NCBI GenBank assembly: GCA_965203355.1
Contig: OZ241889.1
Span: 608,001 to 672,000, forward strand
Reading direction: 5' to 3'
Length of the DNA: 64,000 nt
From: Candidatus Latescibacterota bacterium
GTDB lineage: Bacteria; Latescibacterota; UBA2968; UBA8231
Of the stretch, positions 19,973 through 29,817 are shown in pieces; position 1 is the first letter of the stretch; the number at the start of each line of letters is the position of its first letter. Below the pieces are notes generated by a model that did not search any database, was not told where the DNA came from, and saw only the letters and a list, made by a program, of their open reading frames with translations. The position numbers and the translations under genes are program-made.

Positions 19973-21061
19973 ATGCCGGCCCAGTACCGCGTTGGCGTCA
20001 TGGCCTCCGGCCGCATTGCCCGCGAGCACGGTTGCGGCTGGGCCGAGTGCGAGCACACTGAAATCGCCGCCATTGCCGACGCGCATCCCGAAGCCTTGGC
20101 CAGCTACGCCGCGGATTTTAACGTCGCAAAGCAGTATCTCGACTACCGCGAGATGCTCGACGTGGAAAATCTCGACATCGTCAGCGTTTGCTCCTGGGAT
20201 CCCCAGCACGCAGAAATGTCCATCGCCGCCTGTGCTCGTCGGCCCAAAGCCGTGCTCTGCGAAAAGCCCATGGCCGTCTCCTTGGGCGAGGCCGAGGCCA
20301 TGGTCATCGCCGCAGAGCGCAACGACGTCAAGCTCGCCATCGGTCACCAGCGCCGCTTTTACTCTTGTTGGCGCGAGGCGCGGCGGATGATCGCCGCCGG
20401 AGCCATTGGCAAGCCCCAGCGGCTGTGGTCCGCGGTCAAGGCCGGGATGATGAACACCGGCACCCACTGCATCGACTTCCAGCTCTACGCCCTCGGCGAT
20501 CCGCAAGCCGAGTGGGTCATGGGATCGGTCGAACGCCACACGGACCACTTCGTCTTTGGCCACCGGGTCGAGGACCGCTGTGTGGGGATCATCGGCTACC
20601 CCGACGGGGTCGAAGGCGTGATCGAAAACGAGATGAACAACATTTATCAAGTGGGTGCTACCATCTACGGCGAAGACGGCATGATGGTCGTCAACGACAA
20701 CAGCCTGCGCTACATGACGGCCACCTCCGGCGGCTGGCAAGACTTTGCGCCCACCGACAAGGCCAGCGGCTACGGCAACGCCTTCGTCGATCAAGCCTAC
20801 GGAATCTGCCGCTGGATCGAGGGCGATTTTGAGGACTACTACGGCAAGGCCGAGCACGGCAAGGCCGCCACCGAAATCATGATGGGCGTCTATGAATCGG
20901 CCAGGCTGCACGAGCGCGTGGCCCTGCCGCTGCAAACCCGCGACAACCCGCTCGACGTCGCCGTCGAGGAAGGCCGGATACCCGTCACCCGGCCCGGCCA
21001 TTGGGACGAGCGCTCCTTTTTGGTGCGCGGCGAAGGCATGAGTTGGATTGGGAATAAGTAA
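19973..21061 (+). CDS. Gfo/Idh/MocA family oxidoreductase
   Basis: GRIAREH, CEKPMA, GHQRRF, GTHCID. Confidence 0.9.
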   Translation: MPAQYRVGVMASGRIAREHGCGWAECEHTEIAAIADAHPEALASYAADFNVAKQYLDYREMLDVENLDIVSVCSWDPQHAEMSIAACARRPKAVLCEKPMAVSLGEAEAMVIAAERNDVKLAIGHQRRFYSCWREARRMIAAGAIGKPQRLWSAVKAGMMNTGTHCIDFQLYALGDPQAEWVMGSVERHTDHFVFGHRVEDRCVGIIGYPDGVEGVIENEMNNIYQVGATIYGEDGMMVVNDNSLRYMTATSGGWQDFAPTDKASGYGNAFVDQAYGICRWIEGDFEDYYGKAEHGKAATEIMMGVYESARLHERVALPLQTRDNPLDVAVEEGRIPVTRPGHWDERSFLVRGEGMSWIGNK

Positions 21062-21063
21062 TT

Positions 21064-21843
21064 TTGCAGATCGGTCTCTTAGTTGCCAATCTGCAAGAGC
21101 TTGAAGAATCGGCCGATTGGGACTTCGACTATCTCGAAGGTTTTCCCGGTCTGCTCGGTGTCGATGCCGACGATCCACAGATCGAGCGCGCGTGTCGAGC
21201 GCTGCTAAAAAAACACCCACTAAAAATGAAGACGATGTGCGGCTTTATTCCCGACCCGCAGGGGCGCGGGCTGATGGTCGTCGGCCCCGACGTCAGCTTG
21301 GACCGGCTGCGTACTTTTGTCACCCGGGTCTTCGACCGCCTACAGCGGGCCGGAGTGGAGGTCATCGGCTACGGAAGCGGTAGCTCGCGCTGGGTGCCCG
21401 ACGGCTTCGACCGCGACAAAGCCCGCCAACAGGTCGCCGATTTCTTGCACCTGTGCGCCGACCTGGGCGAGCCACGCGGCGTCAAGGTCGCGCTCGAGCC
21501 TTATAACCGCGCCGACGCCAATCTGCTCAACACCGTGTCCGAAGCGACCGAATTCATAGCCGATGTCAACCGCTCTCATGCCAAGCTGATGGCCGACTTC
21601 TTCCACATGAAGCTCAATGGCGAGTCCTTCGACGCGCTCAAAGAAGCCGGGCCCCATCTGATCCACGCCCACATGGCCGAGCCGGGGCGCGGCCGACCGC
21701 AAACCACGCCGGCCGACCACGCACTTTTCCTACGTGCGCTGCGCGCATCTGGCTACGACGGGCGCGTAACCCTGAGCGGCGACCTGCCGGCCTACGCCGA
21801 CGACGGCGCGACCGCCATCGCCCTCAAGAAGGCCATCGCGTGA
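21064..21843 (+). CDS. Sugar phosphate isomerase/epimerase (xylose isomerase-like TIM barrel)
   Basis: ALEPYN, ADFFHM, HAHMAE, GYDG. Confidence 0.85.
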   Translation: MQIGLLVANLQELEESADWDFDYLEGFPGLLGVDADDPQIERACRALLKKHPLKMKTMCGFIPDPQGRGLMVVGPDVSLDRLRTFVTRVFDRLQRAGVEVIGYGSGSSRWVPDGFDRDKARQQVADFLHLCADLGEPRGVKVALEPYNRADANLLNTVSEATEFIADVNRSHAKLMADFFHMKLNGESFDALKEAGPHLIHAHMAEPGRGRPQTTPADHALFLRALRASGYDGRVTLSGDLPAYADDGATAIALKKAIA

Positions 21844-22505
21844 AGGTTCCCTCCTTCGCCTACAGTCGCATGGTGGATCTTTCGCGGCCCCTTGCGCTGT
21901 CGGAGGGTCGCCTCGTCCACTATCGCACATCGCGCGTACCCGTCGATAATCCGCCGACCGACCGCTGGTATATCACCACTAGCATTGAAATGGGCAGTCA
22001 CGCCGGCACCCATGTCGAAGGGCCTTTACACGCCGTACCAGACGGCCCGGCCATTGCCGACTTGGATGTCGAGCGGTTTTTTGGCGAGGCCATCCTCTTC
22101 GACTTTAGCGATGCGCCGCTGGGCGAGCCGCTCTCGCCGGAGCAATTCCAACGGGCCGCCGGGCCGGGCGGAGGTGTCCACTCAGGCGACATTGCACTCT
22201 TTCGCTTTGATTGGGATCAACGAGCTACTGCTGGTTCTTATCCGCCGTACCCTTCGACAAAAGCCGTGCGCTGGCTCGTCGAGGCGGGCGTCAAACTGGT
22301 CGGCATTGACACCCCCGGCCTAGACATTCCCGGCGACCGCAGCCTGCCCAACCACCACCTGCTCTTCGCGCACGGCATTCCCCTAATCGAGAGCCTAGAC
22401 CGCTTGGGCGACCTGCGACAACCGCGCATCTACCTTTTCGCCCAGCCGCTGTCGGCGACCGCAACAGACGCCATTCCGCTGCGCGTACTCGCTTTTGAAG
22501 GGTAG
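21840..22505 (+). CDS. Cyclase (kynurenine formamidase-like) family protein
   Basis: DLSRP, SHAGTHVEGPLH, GIDTPG, HHLLF..IPLIE. Confidence 0.9.
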   Translation: MKVPSFAYSRMVDLSRPLALSEGRLVHYRTSRVPVDNPPTDRWYITTSIEMGSHAGTHVEGPLHAVPDGPAIADLDVERFFGEAILFDFSDAPLGEPLSPEQFQRAAGPGGGVHSGDIALFRFDWDQRATAGSYPPYPSTKAVRWLVEAGVKLVGIDTPGLDIPGDRSLPNHHLLFAHGIPLIESLDRLGDLRQPRIYLFAQPLSATATDAIPLRVLAFEG

Positions 22506-22746
22506 CTGTGGGCTGCCTTGGCCCGGCAAACCCTCAGCCAATCTTCCCGGCATCGCTATGATTCCCAAGGAACGGGCAGTCAGCGGAATACCGCTCTGCT
22601 CGCGTGTTTGCTCGCGTTGCGTCGGCTTTTCCCAAGCGACACTTCCTGCTATAGAAAAGGTCGCCAAGTCACAGAATGGGGTTAGGTAAGGACCGATTTT
22701 GCGAATTAGGGTTTGAGATAATAAGTCAGCCCGACAAATGTAGTTG

Positions 22747-23766
22747 TCAGAAGTCATTCCGCACCTTCTCCGGCATCCCCGATCTGAGTGAGTCCCAACA
22801 CGCAAGTCCTGTGGCGACGACCCTAGCTCCGTCTCGGACGCCGACCCAAGGCTTTGCGCCGTTCAGGACGCAATCTGCCATGTGCCGCAGCATGACGATC
22901 ATTTCGCTAGCGTGACCCCGCATGGATGAGAATTCTACTGCGACCTTGCGCGAGGGTAGGTCGCCGGTAGGATCGAGGCTCTTTACGCCGTTGCGAATGG
23001 TGCCACGAGTTCCGTAAACGGTCAGGCTGTTCGTTGGGACATCGTGCGGATGTACGATGCCGAGGAAGTTCGCAATGCGTCCGATCTTGCCGGATGTAAA
23101 CTTCACGTTGATGACGAAGTTGTCTTCCTTGGGATAGTCCGGTGCGACGCCGCTGCGCAGCCCGTAGCAGTGGACTTCGTCGATGTCGCCCATGAACCAG
23201 CGCAGAAGGTCAATGGGGTGACAGGCACCACCCAAGATCAGGTCTTGTGGCATTTCGACGCGCCAAGGGGAGTAGTCGTAGACCGGGCGGAGGTCGTGAA
23301 CGTAACGAGACTCGGCCATGAAGAGCTCGCCGATTTCTCCAGCGTCGCAGGCGCGCTTCGCTTCGATGAAGTCATACCGGCCGCGCAGACTCTGCGTGAC
23401 GAGCAGCACCTTGCCGGACCGGTCAACAGCTTCCACAATTTGCTCGATCTCTTCCATCGTGTACACCATCGACTTGGTGACCATCACGTGCTTGCCCGCG
23501 TCGAGCGCGGTCAGAATCTGCGGAGCGTGAAGCGGGCCGGGCGTGTAGATGCCGATGATATCGAGATCGCTGCGCGCGACTAGTTCGTCGAAATCAGCGG
23601 TGAGAGCGTCAATCCCGAACTCGCGGCCCAGCGCCTCGAGCTTGTCCTGCTGCGTGTCGCACAAGGCGGTAACGCGGACCGGCAGGGCCCTGTTTTCCGG
23701 CTGGTTGGCACCAAGCAGCGTTCTGCCGTGGCCAAGTCCGGCGACGCCGATGCTGAGTTGGCTCAT
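22747..23766 (-). CDS. Gfo/Idh/MocA family oxidoreductase
   Basis: GVAGLG, TPGPLH, AGKHV, GACHPID. Confidence 0.9.
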   Translation of the reverse strand: MSQLSIGVAGLGHGRTLLGANQPENRALPVRVTALCDTQQDKLEALGREFGIDALTADFDELVARSDLDIIGIYTPGPLHAPQILTALDAGKHVMVTKSMVYTMEEIEQIVEAVDRSGKVLLVTQSLRGRYDFIEAKRACDAGEIGELFMAESRYVHDLRPVYDYSPWRVEMPQDLILGGACHPIDLLRWFMGDIDEVHCYGLRSGVAPDYPKEDNFVINVKFTSGKIGRIANFLGIVHPHDVPTNSLTVYGTRGTIRNGVKSLDPTGDLPSRKVAVEFSSMRGHASEMIVMLRHMADCVLNGAKPWVGVRDGARVVATGLACWDSLRSGMPEKVRNDF

Positions 23767-24041
23767 TTTTGTTGTTCTCCCAGTTGCATATTGCTGATCG
23801 CGCAAGCGCGGATTGTCGGATCACGCGGCCTTCCAACTGGCGATGAAGGGTGCTTTCCCAAAACGCGACGTTGGCGATCTTCGGCGACTCCCTGATGGAT
23901 GAGCGGCGACCTCGACAGTTGCAGACGCCCCAAGCGGATCGCCTTCCGCGCACTCGGCCTTCCAGTTTTCGCGCTGGCGGTTGAGTTTCATGGCTGCCTC
24001 CAATCAGGGTAAAGAAGCGTTTTTTGACTTTCAAGAGGTCT

Positions 24042-25337
24042 TCACAACACCAGCCGCCGACACTCCAAGTAGTAGCGCTTCTCCACAGCCTCGCCCAGCG
24101 AAAACGTCTTGCGCGGCGCGGCTCCGTCGGCGACGATCGTCTTGAACAAGTCGCGCTTGTCCATGGCCGGCAGCAAGAAGCCGATGCGGTCCGGCTCCGC
24201 AGCCAATTGCTCTAGCGCGTCCTCGCCGTGAATGTAGTCGAGACGAGCGCGGGGATGCGCGTCGAGATAGCGATCCAAAAAGGCCTGCAGCGACGCTACT
24301 TCAAGCTGGAAGCTCGGCTCGGCCATGCTCAGTAGGCCGCGCTCGGTTCCGCTTATATAGGGAATGTGATGCCCCGAGCCGCCGGCCGCTTCCCACCGGT
24401 CGTGGCCCGCAAAGGCCCGACGACTAAATCCGTTCCCGGCGCAATCCGTCTCCATAGCCCGCCATAAATCGACCGCATCTACGCCAAAAACTACCCGATG
24501 GATGGGCGCAAACTCCAAGCCCTCGTCGTGGACGTTGACTAGTTCGGCCAAGGCGTAGCGCGCCGGGTGATTCATTATCTGGTGCTGGTCCTCGGCCTTC
24601 GCCTTGAGCCGCTCCCAAGCGGCGCGGGCGGTGGCAAAGGAATGGTTGCCGTCGCCCATCGCGTAGATCAGCGGCGGCTCGCCACACGCAAGGTGGGCGA
24701 TATGCCCGGCAATTTCGTTGATCAACGCCTCATCGTTGACGTGCCACCCTCTAAGCCTACCGCCTCCCAGCATCAGCTCGAAATCGTAGGCCAGTCTTAG
24801 GTCTTTTGCGCCAAGCGGCTCAATCACTGTCTGTTGCGGATCGTCGATCAGCACCATGATGTGCGGCGTTTCCAGCGACGCCTGCTCCCGCACTTGGATG
24901 CGCGGCGGCAGCCGACTCTGGTCTGTGCCTTCGGTCGGGCGGATTAGCTTTTGCGCTCGGGCGCGGTAGTCGTACTGCTCCAAGTCCAAGGCGACGACCA
25001 AACCCTTGCGCGGCGCAGCGCGCCCGACCTCGCGTTCCACCAGCATAAGTCCAGGCGGCTGCTCCACCAGCACACCGCTTTTTAGGTACTCCTGCATCCG
25101 CTGATTAATGCCGGCAATGGCCTGCTGACGGCAAACCGATTCGAGGTAGGCTTCGGGGAAAATTAGATGTAGCGTCGAAGGGTCGGCCCCGACCATCCGC
25201 CGCACTTCCTCCCAGTACTCGGGCTGCGAGGTGTACTGATCGCAGGCGATGACCGACCACGTTTCAAGGGGAATGTCCGATCTCGGCAAGAGCAGAGTCG
25301 GCACGTGTAGGGCAATCTCGGGATAGTGTAGCTGCAT
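24042..25337 (-). CDS. DUF1015 family protein
   Basis: WSVIACDQYTSQ, RPTEGT, GDGNHSFATA, PRKTFS. Confidence 0.9.
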   Translation of the reverse strand: MQLHYPEIALHVPTLLLPRSDIPLETWSVIACDQYTSQPEYWEEVRRMVGADPSTLHLIFPEAYLESVCRQQAIAGINQRMQEYLKSGVLVEQPPGLMLVEREVGRAAPRKGLVVALDLEQYDYRARAQKLIRPTEGTDQSRLPPRIQVREQASLETPHIMVLIDDPQQTVIEPLGAKDLRLAYDFELMLGGGRLRGWHVNDEALINEIAGHIAHLACGEPPLIYAMGDGNHSFATARAAWERLKAKAEDQHQIMNHPARYALAELVNVHDEGLEFAPIHRVVFGVDAVDLWRAMETDCAGNGFSRRAFAGHDRWEAAGGSGHHIPYISGTERGLLSMAEPSFQLEVASLQAFLDRYLDAHPRARLDYIHGEDALEQLAAEPDRIGFLLPAMDKRDLFKTIVADGAAPRKTFSLGEAVEKRYYLECRRLVL

Positions 25338-25344
25338 GGGCCGA

Positions 25345-26172
25345 CTAGCCGAGCAACGGCCTGACCCAAGCCGAAAAAATCGGGAATATCTCCTCTGGAG
25401 CTGCTAGCGCGGGGTGCCAGCGCTTCTCGTGCTCGAACATGATCCAGCCGTCGTACCCATGCCGCTTGAGCAGGGCTATCGCCTCGGCTAAAGGCAACTG
25501 GCCCGCGCCCGGCGGCACGTAGCGCCAACCGTCCCGCATCGCCTCGGTGTGCGCGGGATCATAGACGGCGTCTTTGACGTGGGTATAACCTATGCGCGGC
25601 CCCACGGCCTCGTAGGTCTGCGCCGGCGTCTCCTCGCCCACCCGCGCCGTATGGCCCATGTCCCAGAGTACGCCGAACGCCTCGTTGGGAATGCGGTCGA
25701 GCAGCAGCTTGCACTCCACCGCCTTGATCCACTCGTCGTGAGTCTCAAAAAGCCACTTGAGTTGGCAGGCACCATCCAATTCGAGAATTTGTTCCATTGT
25801 CTCTCGCCCGATGTCGGCTAGCTGCTCCTTGGAATAGGTCTTGGAGTCGCCGCCGCCAAAAACTCGGATCGATCCGCAGCCCAACGCATTGGCCACCGGG
25901 ATCGAGCGCCGCGCCTCCTCTACGTTTTCCTCCAGCTTCTCTGACACGCAGACCCGGATGCTGGAGCTAATCCCCGACACCTCCAGGCCAGCGTCTGCTA
26001 GCTGGCGGCGGGTCTGGGCGGCTCCGCTGGTAAAGGCCGGCAATCGGGTGACGTCCATCGTCTCCTGCAACCCGCGGAAGTCGACGCCGTCGTAGCCGTA
26101 TTCGCGGCCCCGGCGGCAAATGGTATCCAAGTCCCAGTCTGGACAGCCCAATGTTGTAAAGCTGATTTTCAT
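25345..26172 (-). CDS. Sugar phosphate isomerase/epimerase
   Basis: SFTTLGCPDW, GYDGVDFR, ETHD, WDMGH, HVKD, FEHEKRW. Confidence 0.9.
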   Translation of the reverse strand: MKISFTTLGCPDWDLDTICRRGREYGYDGVDFRGLQETMDVTRLPAFTSGAAQTRRQLADAGLEVSGISSSIRVCVSEKLEENVEEARRSIPVANALGCGSIRVFGGGDSKTYSKEQLADIGRETMEQILELDGACQLKWLFETHDEWIKAVECKLLLDRIPNEAFGVLWDMGHTARVGEETPAQTYEAVGPRIGYTHVKDAVYDPAHTEAMRDGWRYVPPGAGQLPLAEAIALLKRHGYDGWIMFEHEKRWHPALAAPEEIFPIFSAWVRPLLG

Positions 26173-26894
26173 GGCATCTCTCCGTATCCGTTTTCGTTCA
26201 TGGCATCTCTGAAAAAGTCGAACATGTGCTGCTCCCGGTCCGTTTTCCACCGCCCCAGCGACTCCGGCCGTATCACGATCCGGGCCAACTCAAATCCCAA
26301 AAATTCCTCCAGTTCCCGCAACACCTCCTCCTGCTTCAACACAAAATCCTCAAACCGAACCAACAACCACTTCTTTGGTTTGGGCGTGGCTTTCATCAAC
26401 TCGTATTGGTATTTCCACGAAATGGCCCGCCGCCGCCGGACGTCGTCCGTGCGGTCGTACTCGATGCCGAAGTCAGCCAAGTCGTCGGTCTTGTGAGCGC
26501 CGATGATGCTGTCGCGCGGATCGCGGATCCAGTGAATGTAGTGGATGTCGGGAAACATCCGCACAATCCACGGGTAAATCAACGTCGTCTCGGGCAACTT
26601 CCAACCCTTGTGCTCCGAGCGGTCGGACGCAACGTCTCGCAGGTATTCGCCGATCAAGTCCTCGAATTCCGGGTCGATCTTCGCGCCGTGCAAATCGTCG
26701 AAATCCCACTCCAAGCCGCCCTTCCACTGGACGTACTTGGCCATGATCCGACAGGCCGCGTAGAGCGCATGCGGCGGCACCTTGTCGCCCGAGCGATTGA
26801 GCGTGTTGCCCATAAAAACGCCGCTGGCATAGAGCGTGTGTGCTATGGCGCGGGTGCCCGAGTGGCCGCGCCCAATGACGGTGATTATCGCCAT
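26169..26894 (-). CDS. Sulfotransferase family protein
   Basis: 5'-PSB GRGHSGTR, GWKLP, 3'-PB IRDPRDS, VRFEDF. Confidence 0.85.
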   Translation of the reverse strand: MAIITVIGRGHSGTRAIAHTLYASGVFMGNTLNRSGDKVPPHALYAACRIMAKYVQWKGGLEWDFDDLHGAKIDPEFEDLIGEYLRDVASDRSEHKGWKLPETTLIYPWIVRMFPDIHYIHWIRDPRDSIIGAHKTDDLADFGIEYDRTDDVRRRRAISWKYQYELMKATPKPKKWLLVRFEDFVLKQEEVLRELEEFLGFELARIVIRPESLGRWKTDREQHMFDFFRDAMNENGYGEMP

Positions 26895-26948
26895 ACCTAT
26901 TCCTCAGAAGACACAGAGCCTGCCCGTGCGAAGGCAGGATATAACGAC

Positions 26949-26981
26949 TGCGTAACATCAGTTAGTAACCGACGTTACGCA
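26949..26981. repeat. Imperfect palindrome in the divergent intergenic region
   Basis: TGCGTAACATCAGTT-agt-AACCGACGTTACGCA (13 of 15 paired). Confidence 0.7.
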
Positions 26982-27124
26982 ACTTTTGTCCCCAACCTCC
27001 CATGGCTGTATCCTTTTCGCTACACTCCAGCACCTCATAGCCCTTTCCCCCCGCTGAGCCGCCGCCTTGGCGCGGTTTTTGCTATTTGTGGATACCACCT
27101 CACCCACAACCCAAGGCATCGCTC

Positions 27125-28000
27125 ATGGCCGAATTTGACACCATCGCCAAACATCTCATCCACACCTACCCGGCCGACTTCGCCCGCTTCGCCCTCCACC
27201 AAGACGACATCAAGGTGATCGACGTCATCGACACCGAACAGCCCACCGTCGAAGCTCATCGTGCCGACAGCCTCATCCGCGTGCAAGTCGGCGACGAGGA
27301 AGCGTTGGTCCATCACGAGTTTCAGACGACTGATAGTAGTCTACCCATGCCCCGCCGCATGGCCGGCTATATCGGCCGCAGCATCGAGCAATACGACCTG
27401 CCAATCTATTCCAATGTCATCTATCTGCGTCCCGACGCCGGCCGGCGCGATCCGGGACACTATCTCCAAGAGCGGCGCGGCTTCCGCGTACTGGTGCAAT
27501 ACCAAGTGATTCGGCTGAGTGAGCTAGACGGCCAACAGACGCTCGATAGAGGACATTCGGGCTTGCTGCCGTTTGCGCCGTTGATGCAGCGACCGGCCAA
27601 GGTGGATGCCGAGGCGTGGTTGCGCCAATGCCTCCGCCGGGCGCAACAGGTGCCCATGGCCGAGACCGTCAAGGCCAATTATCTGGCCGATCTTGCGATT
27701 TTGAGCGGGTTGGTGTATAACTTAGAAACGATTATGACCATCATCTCGGAGGCGACTATGTACGAATCGTCGGTAGTGCAGTATTTCACGGAAAAGGCAC
27801 TTGAGCAAGGCATTGAGCAAGGCATTCGCGAAAGCATCCAAGAAGTGTTGGAACTGCGCTTTCAGCCGGAGGCCGTGCGCGGCTTGGTCGCCCGCTTAGG
27901 GGCCATCGACGAGGTGCCGCGACTCAAACAGTTGCACCGAGCGGCCCTACAGGTGACCAGCCTCGAAGCCTTTAGGCCCCTGTTAGACAAAGCCGAATAG
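27125..28000 (+). CDS. Rpn/YhgA-like PD-(D/E)XK nuclease (putative transposase family)
   Basis: FDTIAKHL, RADSL, HHEFQT, MPRRMAGY, LLPFAPLM, C-terminal MYES..EQGIEQGI..LELRF. Confidence 0.85.
   Translation: MAEFDTIAKHLIHTYPADFARFALHQDDIKVIDVIDTEQPTVEAHRADSLIRVQVGDEEALVHHEFQTTDSSLPMPRRMAGYIGRSIEQYDLPIYSNVIYLRPDAGRRDPGHYLQERRGFRVLVQYQVIRLSELDGQQTLDRGHSGLLPFAPLMQRPAKVDAEAWLRQCLRRAQQVPMAETVKANYLADLAILSGLVYNLETIMTIISEATMYESSVVQYFTEKALEQGIEQGIRESIQEVLELRFQPEAVRGLVARLGAIDEVPRLKQLHRAALQVTSLEAFRPLLDKAE
27758..28000 (+). CDS. Putative in-frame small protein (RpnS-like antitoxin) inside the Rpn gene
   Basis: GGAGG at 27748-27752 followed by in-frame ATG at 27758, giving 80 aa starting MYESSVVQYF. Confidence 0.6.
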   Translation: MYESSVVQYFTEKALEQGIEQGIRESIQEVLELRFQPEAVRGLVARLGAIDEVPRLKQLHRAALQVTSLEAFRPLLDKAE

Positions 28001-28049
28001 GGAGGCCGTGCAAAATCTGTTAGCAATAGAACCTTGCTTGCAGCAACTT

Positions 28050-28476
28050 ACTCTTCGCCGTGCCCCATCAACGGGCCGGTTACTGACTCGAAGTGTTGGT
28101 CGGCATAGCCGTGCGCTTGCGGTTGCGCTCCAAGCTGCGCCGAGCTAAATCCACGTGCAAATAGCGGCCCCCTCGCGCTCAGGAACAATCACAATCCGGG
28201 TGGGGATTCGTCGCTCCCCCATTTCTTCAATCTTTTCGAGCTGCATCGTGCGCGAGAGCCGTCCCTTGCGGTCGTAGTAGCGCATGAGTAGGGGCCGCTA
28301 CGCGCCCCCGCCCGCTCCCACAAACCCGGTGCCTCGGGCTTGGCCGCGAGCCGGGCGGCTCGTCGATCCGCGCCGCCGTACCCGCAGAGCGGTACATCTT
28401 CCAAGAGCACTTGCGCTGCACTTGGGGCCGCGCAAAGCACCTGCACGAGCAAAAGACGGATCCGACCTATATTCAT
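28050..28476 (-). pseudogene. Chimeric relic: secreted-protein N-terminus joined to a LolA-like lipoprotein-sorting protein C-terminus
   Basis: MNIGRIRLLL...LCG...RAARLAAKPEAPGLWER, then in another frame MRYYDRKGRLSRTMQLEKIEEMGERRIPTRIVIVP. Confidence 0.45.
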
Positions 28477-28641
28477 GTTTGCCTTCTTTGAATGGCTGAG
28501 TCTGGTCGTTGCTCGGTTATTAAACATTCTGCCGAAACAGGGCGGCCAAGCGGACCATTTGCGCCCGACCGCAGCGCGAGCCTTTATTCACTACGCATCG
28601 TCCTGCATCAGTCAACAACGTACTCAATCCAAGGAAATTCC

Positions 28642-29817
28642 ATGATTATCCAACCCAAAGTTCGCGGCTTTATCTGCACTACGGCCCATCCCGACGGCTG
28701 CGCCCGCGCCGTCCAAGACCAAATCGACTGGGTCAAACGCCAACCGCCCTTCGACGGCCCTAAGAAAGTCCTCGTCGTCGGTGCTTCGACCGGCTACGGG
28801 TTGGCGTCGCGCATCGCCACCTGCTTTGGCGCCGGGGCCGTTACGCTCGGAGTCTTCTTCGAGCGGGCCGCGTCCGGCAACCGCACGGCAACGGCCGGGT
28901 GGTACAATAGCGCAGCCTTTCACCAGGCCGCGCATCACGCCGACCATTACGCCCGCAGCATCAACGGCGACGCTTTCTCCGACGAGATCAAGGCCGATAC
29001 CATCGCCGCCATCCGCGAGGACCTGCAAGCAGTCGATTTGGTCGTTTACAGCTTAGCTTCGCCGCGGCGGATTCATCCGCGCACCGGCGAAAACTTCAGG
29101 TCCGTCCTCAAACCCATCGGCGGCATCTACACCAACAAGACCGTCAACATCCAGTCCGGCGAAGTCTCCGACATTGCCATTGACCCGGCGAGCGCAGACG
29201 AGATCGCCCACACCATCGCGGTCATGGGCGGGGAGGACTGGCAGATGTGGATCGAAGCACTCGACGAAGCAGGCGTACTCGCCGACGGCGTGCGCACGGT
29301 CGCTTATACCTACATCGGCCCTGAAATCACCCATCCGGTCTATCGCGACGGGACCATCGGCCGAGCCAAAACTCACCTCGAAAAGACGGCCAAGACGCTC
29401 GACGAATTTCTGCAAGTGAGAAGCGGCAGTGCCCACATCTCCGTCAACAAGGCCATGGTGACCCAATCGAGTGCCGCTATCCCCGTCGTGCCGCTCTACA
29501 TCTCACTGCTGTACAAGGTGATGAAGGAAAAGGGTTGCCACGAAAGCTGCATTGAGCAGATGCACCGCCTCTTCGCCGGTTGCCTCTATACGGGCGACTC
29601 TACCGACGACGAGGGGCGCATCCGCATTGACGACCGCGAAATGCGCGAGGATGTACAGCGGGAAGTCGCGGCGCTGTGGGAGCAAGTCAACACCGACAAC
29701 CTCGAAGCACTGTCCGACATCGAGAGCTATCGTGCGGAATTTCTCGGGCTTTTCGGCTTTGGCTCGGCGGGCGTTGACTACGCGGTGGATGTCGCTCCTG
29801 AGCGGGGGCTACCATGA
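28642..29817 (+). CDS. fabV: Enoyl-ACP reductase FabV / trans-2-enoyl-CoA reductase
   Basis: MIIQPKVRGFICTTAHP, GASTGYGLASR, TAGWYN, YSLASPRR, VMGGEDW, LFGFG. Confidence 0.95.
   Translation: MIIQPKVRGFICTTAHPDGCARAVQDQIDWVKRQPPFDGPKKVLVVGASTGYGLASRIATCFGAGAVTLGVFFERAASGNRTATAGWYNSAAFHQAAHHADHYARSINGDAFSDEIKADTIAAIREDLQAVDLVVYSLASPRRIHPRTGENFRSVLKPIGGIYTNKTVNIQSGEVSDIAIDPASADEIAHTIAVMGGEDWQMWIEALDEAGVLADGVRTVAYTYIGPEITHPVYRDGTIGRAKTHLEKTAKTLDEFLQVRSGSAHISVNKAMVTQSSAAIPVVPLYISLLYKVMKEKGCHESCIEQMHRLFAGCLYTGDSTDDEGRIRIDDREMREDVQREVAALWEQVNTDNLEALSDIESYRAEFLGLFGFGSAGVDYAVDVAPERGLP

Noticed and set aside
19907-21220. Long antisense and alternate-frame ORFs (for example 19907-21220, 35677-36888, 43732-44766, 33343-34320)
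   Set aside because: They shadow well-supported genes, as expected in high-GC DNA, and show no motifs.
23821-24003. Short ORF MKLNRQRENWKAEC with GGAGG RBS
   Set aside because: No recognisable family, and too short to support without a search.
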